Positions 34,117 to 43,083 of a stretch of 64,000 nt of DNA are shown here, in pieces. Numbering within the stretch: position 1 is the first letter of the stretch; every line of letters begins with the position of its first letter. The position numbers and the translations under genes were made by a program. The notes under the pieces were generated by a model that saw nothing but the letters and a program-made list of their open reading frames with translations, was not told the DNA's origin and did no database searches. Source of the DNA: Candidatus Nomurabacteria bacterium (lineage in GTDB: Bacteria > Patescibacteriota > Minisyncoccia > Phycocordibacterales > SBAW01); NCBI GenBank assembly GCA_943349945.1, contig CALQZS010000001.1, positions 130,803 through 194,802 of the forward strand. Reading direction: 5' to 3'.

Positions 34117-36378
34117 ATGGAGCTTGCCGACCTGCTTACCCAACACTTCCGCCTGAGCGAGCCACACAGGCAAGCGCTGCACAAGCTCGGCATACACAGC
34201 ATTGGCGACCTTGTGCACCACTTCCCCTCTCGCTATGAGGCGCCAGGCAATGAGTCGGCCATTGCGGGGCTCACTCTTGGCATGGACGCAGCCGTTACCG
34301 GGGTACTAGAAAAATTGGAGACAAAAAAGTCGTGGAAGCGGCGCATCCCCGTGTCGGAAGGATATTTGCGTGACAGCAGCGGACACATCAAGCTGATGTG
34401 GTTTAACCAGCCATACATAGCCAAGATGTATATGGACGGCACGACGGTGCGTGCCACGGGCAAAGTGTCGGGCTCGGCCGGAAAACTCTACCTCGCCAAC
34501 CCGCAGCTGGAAAAAGTTTCTGCTACAGAAGACGAATTGTTTACGGAGCAGCAGCATCCTGAAGAAAATGGTCTGGCCTCGCTTGCCCGACGTCCCGGCT
34601 CGCCGGGACTTGCGGGCGACGAGGAGAACCGAGGACCTTTTCGGAAGGATGCTGCTGCGAAGTTGTTCGCCGTCTATCCCGAAAGCCGCGGGGTTACATC
34701 GCTGTGGCTACGGCACGCAATACAAAAAATACTCTCCCACTCTGTACAAGGGTTACCCTTGGTAGAGCAGGTGCAAGACCCCATCCCGCCCGAGATTTTA
34801 AAACGCTACAACCTCCCCACCCTTAAAGCCGCTTTGGTGTGGATCCACACCCCCGAAAAACAAAAAGACGCCGACGCGGCGCGCAAGCGCTTTGCCTTTG
34901 AAGAAGTTTTTTTGATCCAGCTCGAGCGCAGGCAAGAGCGCATGCGCGCACTGCACGAGCAAAGCTTTGCGGTGGATGCACCGCCCCAGGCAATTGCCGA
35001 GTTTATGCAGACCTTCCCCTTTGCGGCAACGGGTGCGCAGCAGCGCGCGGTCGAACATATATTGACCGACATGCGCTCCGGCCAACCTATGTCGCGCCTG
35101 CTCGAGGGCGACGTAGGCAGCGGCAAAACTGCAGTAGCCGCCACCGCCGCATACGCGGCGGTACGCACACGCCCCACAAACCAAAACTTCGGCACACTCC
35201 AAGTAGCCTACATGGCGCCCACCGAGATTTTGGCCAAGCAACATTTCGAGTCGTTTATAAAATATTTTGTCCCCTTCCCCATAAACATCGGACTCATCAC
35301 CGGCTCGGGCTGTTTTAAATTCCCCTCTAAAGCGAGGCGAGGCGAAGCCACCACCATCTCGCGCACGCAACTGCTCAAGTGGGTGGCGGGGGGCGAAATT
35401 CCAATTTTAATTGGCACGCATGCACTTATTGAAAAGGCAGTGCAGTTTAAACACCTGAGTCTGGTGGTGATAGACGAGCAGCATCGCTTTGGCACCAACC
35501 AGCGCAAAAAGCTTGCCCGCAAAAACGGCGACGCGCGGATCCCCCACCTTCTTTCTATGACCGCCACCCCAATACCCCGCACCTTGGCGCTGACCGCCTA
35601 CGGCGACCTAGACCTGACGCTACTCGACGAGATGCCCGCAGGCCGCAAACCAATTATTACGGAAATTGTAAAACCCACAGAGCGTTCGCGAGCGTACGCA
35701 AAAATGCACGAGCAGCTGGCGGAAGGTCGCCAAGCGTATGTGATTTGCCCGCGCATAGACGAACCAGACCCAGAAAAAGCATTCGCTCTTCAAGCCAAGT
35801 CTGTCACCGCCGAGGCCAAGCGACTTAAAAAAGAGGTCTTCCAACAATATGAACTTGCGATATTACACAGCAAGATGACCCCAAAAGAAAAAGACGAGGT
35901 TATGGCGCGCTTTGCCCGGCACGAGATAGACATCCTGGTGGCCACGTCTGTGGTCGAGGTGGGGGTCAACGTGCCCAACGCGACTATGATCTTTATCGAA
36001 GGTGCCGAGCGTTTTGGCCTAGCCCAGCTGCACCAGCTGCGCGGGCGCGTGGTACGCTCCAACCACCAGGCATACTGTTTTGTCTGCCCCGAAAGCCGCG
36101 GAGAACATACACTCGCAAGACTCAAAGCCTTGGTAACGGCAAAAAATGGGTTCGAGTTGGCCGAGCAGGACTTGATGCAGCGCGGCCCCGGCGAACTTTC
36201 GGGCCGCAAACAATGGGGCATCTCGGACATCGGCATGGAAGCGCTTAAAAATATAAAACTGGTAGAAGCGGCACGCACTGAAGCGCTCAACATAATAGAA
36301 ACAGATGCCGAGCTTGGGCACTACCCACTCCTTAAAGAGGCACTTGCCCTAAGGGCCAAGGCACTACATTTCGAGTGA
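34117..36378 (+). CDS. recG: ATP-dependent DNA helicase RecG
   Basis: Wedge domain plus SF2 motifs (GDVGSGKT, DEQHRFG, TATPIPR, QLHQLRGRVVR). Confidence 0.9.
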   Translation: MELADLLTQHFRLSEPHRQALHKLGIHSIGDLVHHFPSRYEAPGNESAIAGLTLGMDAAVTGVLEKLETKKSWKRRIPVSEGYLRDSSGHIKLMWFNQPYIAKMYMDGTTVRATGKVSGSAGKLYLANPQLEKVSATEDELFTEQQHPEENGLASLARRPGSPGLAGDEENRGPFRKDAAAKLFAVYPESRGVTSLWLRHAIQKILSHSVQGLPLVEQVQDPIPPEILKRYNLPTLKAALVWIHTPEKQKDADAARKRFAFEEVFLIQLERRQERMRALHEQSFAVDAPPQAIAEFMQTFPFAATGAQQRAVEHILTDMRSGQPMSRLLEGDVGSGKTAVAATAAYAAVRTRPTNQNFGTLQVAYMAPTEILAKQHFESFIKYFVPFPINIGLITGSGCFKFPSKARRGEATTISRTQLLKWVAGGEIPILIGTHALIEKAVQFKHLSLVVIDEQHRFGTNQRKKLARKNGDARIPHLLSMTATPIPRTLALTAYGDLDLTLLDEMPAGRKPIITEIVKPTERSRAYAKMHEQLAEGRQAYVICPRIDEPDPEKAFALQAKSVTAEAKRLKKEVFQQYELAILHSKMTPKEKDEVMARFARHEIDILVATSVVEVGVNVPNATMIFIEGAERFGLAQLHQLRGRVVRSNHQAYCFVCPESRGEHTLARLKALVTAKNGFELAEQDLMQRGPGELSGRKQWGISDIGMEALKNIKLVEAARTEALNIIETDAELGHYPLLKEALALRAKALHFE
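34548..34658. repeat. 111-nt imperfect palindrome embedded in-frame in recG
   Basis: A perfect 13-bp outer stem (34548-34560 with 34646-34658) plus inner stems centred on CCCGGCtcGCCGGG. It encodes E144-A181. Confidence 0.75.
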
Positions 36379-36531
36379 CAAGAAGAAAGGGATTTCCCCT
36401 TACAGGGGCAGTACAGGTCTCGTATCGCACTTCATAAACTTTATGCGATATACTCGACCTTTTCAATCCCTGCACATACAGTGCATAGGCACTGTATTCG
36501 CGCCAATACTCGCTATGCTCGTTCTATTGTG

Positions 36532-36603
36532 TGGGCGCGGCAGGGATTGAACCTGCGACCAGTCGTGTATAAGACGACCGCTCTACCACTGAGCTACGCG
36601 CCC
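36532..36603 (-). tRNA. tRNA-Ile with UAU anticodon
   Basis: Fold: GGGCGCG-TA-GCTC-AGTGGTA-GAGC-G-GTCGT-CTTATAC-ACGAC-TGGTC-GCAGG-TTCAATC-CCTGC-CGCGCCC-A. Confidence 0.85.
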
Positions 36604-36681
36604 GTGCTTCATACTCTATCTCAAACTAGGTCTTCATGCTATCCTGCCGGAGGTATCAACAGTACACAAGGAGGACTACCC

Positions 36682-37599
36682 ATGAAAGCTCCAAAAAGGC
36701 GTCTCCAGCACGTCCTCGAAGCGCAGCAGTTCGGGAATGACCCAGAGTTGCTGGGCGAAGTCTTCAAGTTGGCCCAATTCTTCCAAAAAGGAGGAGAGAG
36801 CGACTGCATGCGGGGTAGAATACTCGCGTCGCTCTTTTATGAGCCCAGCACGCGGACAAGACTCTCTTTCGAATCTGCTGCACTCAGACTGGGCGGCGGT
36901 GTCATCGGCACAGAAAGTGCCGAGCAATTCTCCTCGGTCGTCAAAGGCGAATCGCTACCTGACACTATCCGCATTATAAGTGCGTATGCGGATGTTATCG
37001 CACTGCGACACAAAGACAACAACGCCGCAGAAGATGCCGCTCGGGTAGCCACCGTACCCATCATCAACGCCGGCTCCGGTGCACACCAACACCCGACCCA
37101 AGCCCTGCTCGACTTGTACACCATCGAGCAGGAATGCGGTACGTTTGAAGGACTCACCGTAGCCTTTGTGGGCGACCTCAAACACGGTCGCACAGTGCGG
37201 TCGCTGGCGTACTTGCTGGGCAAGTTCCCGCAAAGAAAAATCGTCTTCTCTTCACCTGTGGACTTGCGTATTGGCAAAGACATCAAAGACTATCTCGACG
37301 AGAGAGGCGTCCAGTATGTCGAGACGGACATACTGGGTACCGAAGTACTACAAGCAGACGTGGTCTACATGACCCGCATGCAGACAGAGCGGCACGCCAG
37401 CACACACAACAGAGACTACAGCCAGTTCCATTTGACTGGCCGGGTAGCTCGGTCTGTGCGAGGCGCCATACTGCACCCGCTGCCGCGCAATAGCGAACTC
37501 GACCCGGTGATAGACACTCGCCCGAATGCAGCGTACTTTCGCCAAGCGCGAAACGGACTCTACGTCCGGATGGCGCTACTGCACATCCTCTTCGCCTAA
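36682..37599 (+). CDS. pyrB: Aspartate carbamoyltransferase catalytic subunit
   Basis: STRTRLSFE and HPTQALLD motifs. AAGGAGGA RBS before the ATG at 36682. The upstream part of the track ORF covers the tRNA. Confidence 0.9.
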   Translation: MKAPKRRLQHVLEAQQFGNDPELLGEVFKLAQFFQKGGESDCMRGRILASLFYEPSTRTRLSFESAALRLGGGVIGTESAEQFSSVVKGESLPDTIRIISAYADVIALRHKDNNAAEDAARVATVPIINAGSGAHQHPTQALLDLYTIEQECGTFEGLTVAFVGDLKHGRTVRSLAYLLGKFPQRKIVFSSPVDLRIGKDIKDYLDERGVQYVETDILGTEVLQADVVYMTRMQTERHASTHNRDYSQFHLTGRVARSVRGAILHPLPRNSELDPVIDTRPNAAYFRQARNGLYVRMALLHILFA

Positions 37600-37619
37600 A
37601 CTGTGGCCTTGTGCCACAA

Positions 37620-37650
37620 CCCGCCTCACAATGAGGCGGGTATTTTTTAT
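37620..37650 (+). terminator. Terminator after pyrB
   Basis: CCCGCCTCA-caa-TGAGGCGGG followed by TATTTTTTAT. Confidence 0.8.
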
Positions 37651-37709
37651 CGCACAATATTTTTTGCTATGGTAGGCTTTTGGGCAGACGAACAACCCAG
37701 GAGCAGAAC

Positions 37710-38714
37710 ATGATACTGCGCAACATCGACTTTGGCCCCTGCTTGGATGCAGCCGGCACGAGGGGATTTTTTGGCCGGGGATATCCAGCGCATCGGATCC
37801 CGGTCTTAGGACCTTGGCTGTGGAACTTTACCGGCTCGACCTTTGTGGCGAAGACCACGACCACGCCCATACAGTACGGCAATATGCCGCTCAGGGGCAG
37901 CGAGTATGACTTCGAGCCCGAAGGTTGGTTCCCTCAGTGCATTTGGTCAGACATGCAGGACCAAATAGCACTAAACGCGGTCGGCCTCTCGGGCCCAGGC
38001 GCGTACCAACTGATGGCGCAGCAAAAATGGCAAAAGCATAAAGAGCCATTTATGGTGTCGTGGGCGCCCGTGGGGCCAGAAAAGGAGTGGGAGGCTCAAG
38101 CGCGGAAGTTTGCATACAACTGGGACATATACATGTCCGGGCAAAAGCTACAGGTCGGGCTGCAGGTCAACATAAGCTGCCCCAACACAGGCACAGACCT
38201 TGCAAGACTTGTGCAACAAACACACGTGCTGCTCGATATCTTGCGCAAACTCTGCATACCACTTGTCGTCAAGCTGAATTTGCTTGTCGACCCTGCCCGC
38301 GCAGTCGAGATCTCAGAGCACCCTGCGTGCGACGCTCTGTGTGTCTCGAACACCATACCCTTTGGGGAGTTGCCCAATGAGATAGATTGGGATCAATTCT
38401 TCCCTATCGGCTCGCCGCTCGTACGACGCAACCCCGCCTTTGGTAACGGTGGACTCTCGGGCAAGCCGTTGTTGCCGTTGGTTATCGAGTGGCTGCGGCA
38501 CGCTTTTGACGCCGGGCTCAAAAAGCCAGTCAACGCCGGCGGCGGCATACTCGAAGCCAACGACGTCGACTTTTTGGTCGAAAACGCATCTCTTCGACCA
38601 GGCATCGACTCGATATTTATTGGGTCGATAGCAATACTCAACCCGCTGGGCATCCGCTCGACCATACGCCGTGCACACAAACTGCTTGGATCACAAAAAC
38701 CCGCCTCAACATGA
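37710..38714 (+). CDS. pyrD: Dihydroorotate dehydrogenase-family protein
   Basis: NISCPNTG and GGLSGKPL motifs; AGGAG RBS before the ATG at 37710. Confidence 0.7.
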   Translation: MILRNIDFGPCLDAAGTRGFFGRGYPAHRIPVLGPWLWNFTGSTFVAKTTTTPIQYGNMPLRGSEYDFEPEGWFPQCIWSDMQDQIALNAVGLSGPGAYQLMAQQKWQKHKEPFMVSWAPVGPEKEWEAQARKFAYNWDIYMSGQKLQVGLQVNISCPNTGTDLARLVQQTHVLLDILRKLCIPLVVKLNLLVDPARAVEISEHPACDALCVSNTIPFGELPNEIDWDQFFPIGSPLVRRNPAFGNGGLSGKPLLPLVIEWLRHAFDAGLKKPVNAGGGILEANDVDFLVENASLRPGIDSIFIGSIAILNPLGIRSTIRRAHKLLGSQKPAST

Positions 38715-38733
38715 GGCGGGTAATTTTTTATAT
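38700..38733 (+). terminator. Terminator after the pyrD-like gene (same hairpin module as 37620)
   Basis: CCCGCCTCA-aca-TGAGGCGGG followed by TAATTTTTTAT; the stop codon lies inside the hairpin. Confidence 0.8.
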
Positions 38734-38747
38734 ATTGAGAGAAAGGT

Positions 38748-40727
38748 TTAGAAATCGACCACCACCGGCTTTGGTTCTATGTCTTGCTTCTTTTTTGGGG
38801 TGATGCCGTGGGCTATGAGTATAGTCTCAAACTCCTCGCGCTCGAGCGTCTCTACTTCTACCAAGCGCTCGGCTATAGCATCCAGTACTTTGCGCTGGTG
38901 GGTAATGATGTCGTGCGCTTTTTTGTATGCACCGTCTATGATGTGCTTGACCTCTGCATCAATCTCGCCCGACACCTTTTCGGAATACTCGCGGCCATCC
39001 ACCCCCGCACCAAACATAGCGCGGCCGCCGTCGCCCACCAACGCAATAGTGCCCACTTTGTCGGACATACCCCAACGGGTCACCATGTTGCGTGCCAAGT
39101 TGGTAAGCACCTGTATGTCGTTTGAAGGGCCAGTGGTGACGTCGCCAAAGACCTCTTTTTCGGCAACATAGCCACCAAGCGACATCGCGATATCATCCAA
39201 AAACTCTTTTTTGCTCTGCATGCGCTTGTCTTCGAATGGGAGCTTGAGGGTGTAGCCCGCTGCGCGGCCACGAGAGATGATGGAGATTTTGTGCACAGGG
39301 TCGGCGTAGGGCAACACGGACGCAACGAGCGCGTGCCCTGCTTCGTGGTATGCGGTTATCTCTTTCTCGCGGGCGTTCATCACGTTGGTCTTGCGCTCGG
39401 GGCCAAGCATCACCTTTTCTATAGAGCGGATGAGGTCGAACTGTGCGACGGTTTTGCGGTTTTCGCGTGCTGCAAGGATGGCAGCCTCGTTCATCAGGTT
39501 GGCCAAGTCGGCGCCACTAAACCCAGGCGTGCGCTCGGCTATGACGGCCAAGTTTACATCTTCGGCCAGTGGCTTTTTGCGCGCATGGATGTGCAAAATC
39601 TCGACGCGGTCTTGGCGGTCGGGCAGGTCTATCATCACGCGACGGTCAAAGCGGCCCGGGCGCACCAGCGCTGGGTCCAAAACGTCGGGGCGGTTGGTTG
39701 CAGCCATCACAATTACCTTTTCGTTTGGCTCAAAGCCGTCCATCTCGACCAGTATTTGGTTGAGTGTCTGCTCGCGTTCGTCGTTGCCCCCGCCTACACC
39801 CGTGCCGCGCACGCGGCCCACGGCATCAATTTCGTCGACAAAGATAATAGCGGGTGCTGCGCGCTTGGCTGTCAAAAAGAGGTCGCGCACACGACTTGCG
39901 CCCACACCCACAAACATCTCGACGAACTCCGAACCCGAGATAGAGAAGAAGGGCACCCCCGCCTCGCCCGCCACCGCGCGCGCAAGCAAGGTCTTGCCTG
40001 TGCCGGCTGAGCCCATCAACAAAATACCCTTGGGGATGCGTGCACCAATGTCCAGAAACTTCTTTGGGTTTTTAAGAAAGTCGACAATCTCCAAAAGCTC
40101 TATCTTTGCTTCTTTGGCGCCTGCAACATCTTTAAAGGTTACGCGCGAGCCCTTGTCGTTGGGGTCGGTTACTTTGGGGCGGCTTTGCCCAAACGAGAAT
40201 GCCTGCATCCCCGCCCCCTTTACTTGGCGCGAGAGATACCAGACAAAAAACGCAATCAAAAGTAGCGGCACCAAAAACGGCGCAAGCGCGGTGAGCCAAA
40301 ACTGCCACGAGCTTTGGCGCTTGATAGTAACCTCTACTTTGTCGAGTGCCTCTTTAGAGACGCTGTAGTTGGTGAGTGTTTGCGACAGCGCGGCGTCTGG
40401 CTCTTTTTTGGATACCTTTTCTATTGCCTCGGCGCCCTCGGATTCGGGGACATAAGTGATGGTGAGGTCGTTACCGTCGACAAGCACCTTGGACACAGTG
40501 CCTGCTTGGATGTCGGCCGCCAATTGCGAGATAGGTATGTCGACGGGCTTTTTTTCATCGCTAACAAAGTAGGTGTACGCACCCGCCAAGAGCATCAGCA
40601 CCAACACGCTGCTGGCCAAGTTGACCCAAAACGAATCACCCTGGGGCATCTGCGGCATAGGCATGCGCGGTCCACCCTTTTTTTGCTGAGGAGATTTTTG
40701 TTCGGCCATTGCTTTACATACTAGCAT
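38748..40727 (-). CDS. ftsH: ATP-dependent zinc metalloprotease FtsH
   Basis: AAA+ Walker [12 protein letters not shown] region, HEAGH zinc motif. The start could instead be 40709. Confidence 0.95.
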   Translation of the reverse strand: MLVCKAMAEQKSPQQKKGGPRMPMPQMPQGDSFWVNLASSVLVLMLLAGAYTYFVSDEKKPVDIPISQLAADIQAGTVSKVLVDGNDLTITYVPESEGAEAIEKVSKKEPDAALSQTLTNYSVSKEALDKVEVTIKRQSSWQFWLTALAPFLVPLLLIAFFVWYLSRQVKGAGMQAFSFGQSRPKVTDPNDKGSRVTFKDVAGAKEAKIELLEIVDFLKNPKKFLDIGARIPKGILLMGSAGTGKTLLARAVAGEAGVPFFSISGSEFVEMFVGVGASRVRDLFLTAKRAAPAIIFVDEIDAVGRVRGTGVGGGNDEREQTLNQILVEMDGFEPNEKVIVMAATNRPDVLDPALVRPGRFDRRVMIDLPDRQDRVEILHIHARKKPLAEDVNLAVIAERTPGFSGADLANLMNEAAILAARENRKTVAQFDLIRSIEKVMLGPERKTNVMNAREKEITAYHEAGHALVASVLPYADPVHKISIISRGRAAGYTLKLPFEDKRMQSKKEFLDDIAMSLGGYVAEKEVFGDVTTGPSNDIQVLTNLARNMVTRWGMSDKVGTIALVGDGGRAMFGAGVDGREYSEKVSGEIDAEVKHIIDGAYKKAHDIITHQRKVLDAIAERLVEVETLEREEFETILIAHGITPKKKQDIEPKPVVVDF

Positions 40728-40777
40728 CTACCCTGCGGTGGAGCAAAAAGAATTTCTAATCGTGGTATATTCAGCTC

Positions 40778-41239
40778 GTGAGCCTTATAGAAAGTAAAAA
40801 AGCCCGGCTAAACTATGACATCCTCGAGGAATTTGAGGCGGGGTTGGAATTGGTGGGTAGCGAGGTAAAGAGTGTCCGCGCCGGCCACGGCAAGCTCGAC
40901 GGTGCACATATTATTGTGCGCCCCACCGCGCGCGCAGGGGGCCTAGAGGCATACGTGGTGGGCATGTCTGTGCCTCCATACCAAGCCACCAACACCCCCG
41001 CCGACTACGAACCCGAGCGCACACGCAAACTCCTGCTGACTAAAAAAGAATTGCAAACGTTGGCCGGGTTTGAAAAGCAGAGCGGCTTGACAATAGTGCC
41101 ACTTTCGGTGTATAATAAAGGGAGAGTACTGAAGCTGCGTTTGGCGGTAGCCCGCGGCCGTAAGAAATACGACAAGCGCGCCGTCTTAAAGGAAAGAGAC
41201 ACCAAGCGCGACATACAAAGGCTAAAACGACAATTATGA
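40778..41239 (+). CDS. smpB: SsrA-binding protein SmpB (GTG start)
   Basis: EAGLELVGSEVKS and the C-terminal KKYDKR...DIQR tail. Confidence 0.9.
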   Translation: MSLIESKKARLNYDILEEFEAGLELVGSEVKSVRAGHGKLDGAHIIVRPTARAGGLEAYVVGMSVPPYQATNTPADYEPERTRKLLLTKKELQTLAGFEKQSGLTIVPLSVYNKGRVLKLRLAVARGRKKYDKRAVLKERDTKRDIQRLKRQL

Positions 41240-41325
41240 AATTTGTCGTTCGCCCGACAAATAGCTATGCTATTTGTTTAGGGACTTTGAAAAAAGAATA
41301 AACAGACCTGGCCGTCGCCTAAAAT

Positions 41326-41586
41326 ATGTCTTGGACTGTATATATCCTATATAGCTTAAAAGATAAGAGGTTGTATGTAGGCTGTACTTCTGATCTTGAG
41401 AAAAGGATTGGGAGGCACAGCAAAGGATATGTATTAGCCACTTCTCATCGAAGACCTTTGGTTTTGATTCATTCAGAATTATTCAAACAAAAAGGAGAAG
41501 CTTTTCAACGAGAGAGATTTTTGAAAAGCCTTTGGGGAGCACGAGAAAAGAAAAAGATTCTAAAAAAGTACTTAGAATCAGAATGA
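41326..41586 (+). CDS. Small GIY-YIG nuclease-family protein
   Basis: VYILYS...LYVGCTSDLEKRIGRH is a GIY-YIG motif variant; 86 aa. Confidence 0.8.
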   Translation: MSWTVYILYSLKDKRLYVGCTSDLEKRIGRHSKGYVLATSHRRPLVLIHSELFKQKGEAFQRERFLKSLWGAREKKKILKKYLESE

Positions 41587-41652
41587 ATTGGGCTAAAACG
41601 ATTACCATGCAATCGTTCGCCCGAACAAATCTTGGCACAAGATTTGTTTTAG

Positions 41653-42018
41653 GGGGATGCCAGGCCTAGACAATGAAGACGCCTGTTGAATGCGCGCAGT
41701 AGAAGTCTGGACCTTCTTAAAAATCCGGAAACAATAACTGCAAAAAACAGTGTTTCGCCGTATTTCGCGGCGAACGACTTCCAGTTCGCGTTCGCGCGAG
41801 CGTAAGTCGCATCTACCCTTCCTCTCTCTTGCGGGTTGGGATAGGTGTTATATAGCAAGAGTATAGTTGCAAGAGCCGCTCTGACTTGCATCCGAACATA
41901 AGAGCTGCAGGAAGTTATGATTTCGTTTGCTTTGCCCATAACAGCCTAAAGAAACAACAAGCGAACTACACTACGTAGAAGCTTCAGCAGCACTTCATTG
42001 CACGGCGGTTCAATTCCG
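41653..42018 (+). ncRNA. ssrA: tmRNA
   Basis: The 5' GGGGATG pairs with the 3' CATCTCC, including G3:U. T arm GGCGG-TTCAATT-CCGCC. Internal tag ORF GCA AAA AAC ... GCG TAA. Downstream of smpB. Confidence 0.85.
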
Positions 42019-42032
42019 CCCATCTCCACATA

Positions 42033-42060
42033 AAAATAAAACGCGCCCATAGTTGGGTGC
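42033..42060 (+). terminator. Terminator after ssrA
   Basis: GCGCCCA-tagt-TGGGTGC followed by TTTTTATTTT. Confidence 0.75.
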
Positions 42061-42319
42061 TTTTTATTTTCCCTGTCACCTCTGCCCCACTCGGCGAGTT
42101 GTCATAAGTGTCTAGCAATAAAACAAACACACCATGGAACACTTGAGTTAAGCCGAGGAGGCTGCCACCCCAAGGGGACGCGGCCTCCTCGGCGCACATG
42201 GTGCGTTTTGCACCCCTGTTTTTTGCATATGCACACAGATGGTGGTATGTTCAAAAAACGTACAGCGTTTGTTTGTTACGTACTGCACGTCCTAACTCAA
42301 GACTATTTGGGGAAAGCCG

Positions 42320-42496
42320 TTGAAAATCATACTAGCAAAGGGTGTAGCGGCAGGTATTGCCCTGCTACTCATACCCACAAGTACATCCAAAGCTGGCCAA
42401 GTGTGGCCAAGCCAAACACCCCTGATCCTTGCAGGCGGGGTGCTGTTGATCTTTCTATTGACGATATTACTAGGCCACCGGCGCAACAAGCGCTAG
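42320..42496 (+). CDS. Possible 58-aa membrane/secreted peptide (TTG start)
   Basis: My translation: (M)KIILAKGVAAGIALLLIPTSTSKAGQVWPSQTPLILAGGVLLIFLLTILLGHRRNKR. Followed by the hairpin AATCCCCCTA...TAGGGGGATT plus a T-run at 42503-42535. Confidence 0.3.
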   Translation: MKIILAKGVAAGIALLLIPTSTSKAGQVWPSQTPLILAGGVLLIFLLTILLGHRRNKR

Positions 42497-42532
42497 CGAC
42501 CAATCCCCCTACCGCTGCAGTAGGGGGATTTT

Positions 42533-43039
42533 TTATAACTCCCCTTTTATCTTTTCTATCAAAGGCCCCGGCTCCAAGCGGATAATAAGCCCGCTGGGCA
42601 GTGTGATGTCGTGCGTGGTGTGGTGCGGGCGCTCCACGTGGACAAGCTGCTCGCCCCCTTTCTGTAGCAAGTCCACCAACATGTCGTACGTAGTAGGCGC
42701 CACAGGGTAGAGTTCGAGGTGGTCCAGCCCGCTGCTTTGGCTGCCATCTGGCTTTTGGTCTGAAAGTTCGACAAACCACACATCCCCCAAACCGGTTGGC
42801 AATGGGGCCGCCAACTTTACATAGGCAATGCGCCGGCCCGATATAGTTGCCTGGTGCATATATGCAGCACCTTTCTCTAATATGGCACGCACTTCTTCAA
42901 ACTCCTTGGCCGAGCCGCACTTGTAGCACACATGGTCTGCCAAAGCCAAACCGCCAAGCCCGTGTTTTTTAAAAAAGAGGTCAAAGTGCTCGGTGGCCTC
43001 TTTTGCCTGCGCATAAAAGCTCAATAGGTCGTCTACCAT
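42533..43039 (-). CDS. YecM/VOC-superfamily-like protein
   Basis: 168 aa with ADHVCYKC...HLELY...HHTTHDITL metal-ligand-like histidines; the assignment is tentative. Confidence 0.5.
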   Translation of the reverse strand: MVDDLLSFYAQAKEATEHFDLFFKKHGLGGLALADHVCYKCGSAKEFEEVRAILEKGAAYMHQATISGRRIAYVKLAAPLPTGLGDVWFVELSDQKPDGSQSSGLDHLELYPVAPTTYDMLVDLLQKGGEQLVHVERPHHTTHDITLPSGLIIRLEPGPLIEKIKGEL

Positions 43040-43083
43040 ACATATATTGTATCACCTACACAAAAAGTCGATACTCTGGTATA

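Noticed and set aside
41649-42199. Track ORFs 41649..41939(-) and 41984..42199(-), and likewise 22871..23173(-) and the 5' part of 36481..37599(+).
   Set aside because: They overlie tmRNA or tRNA genes, or tRNA-derived sequence.

The RNA genes explain the sequence better.
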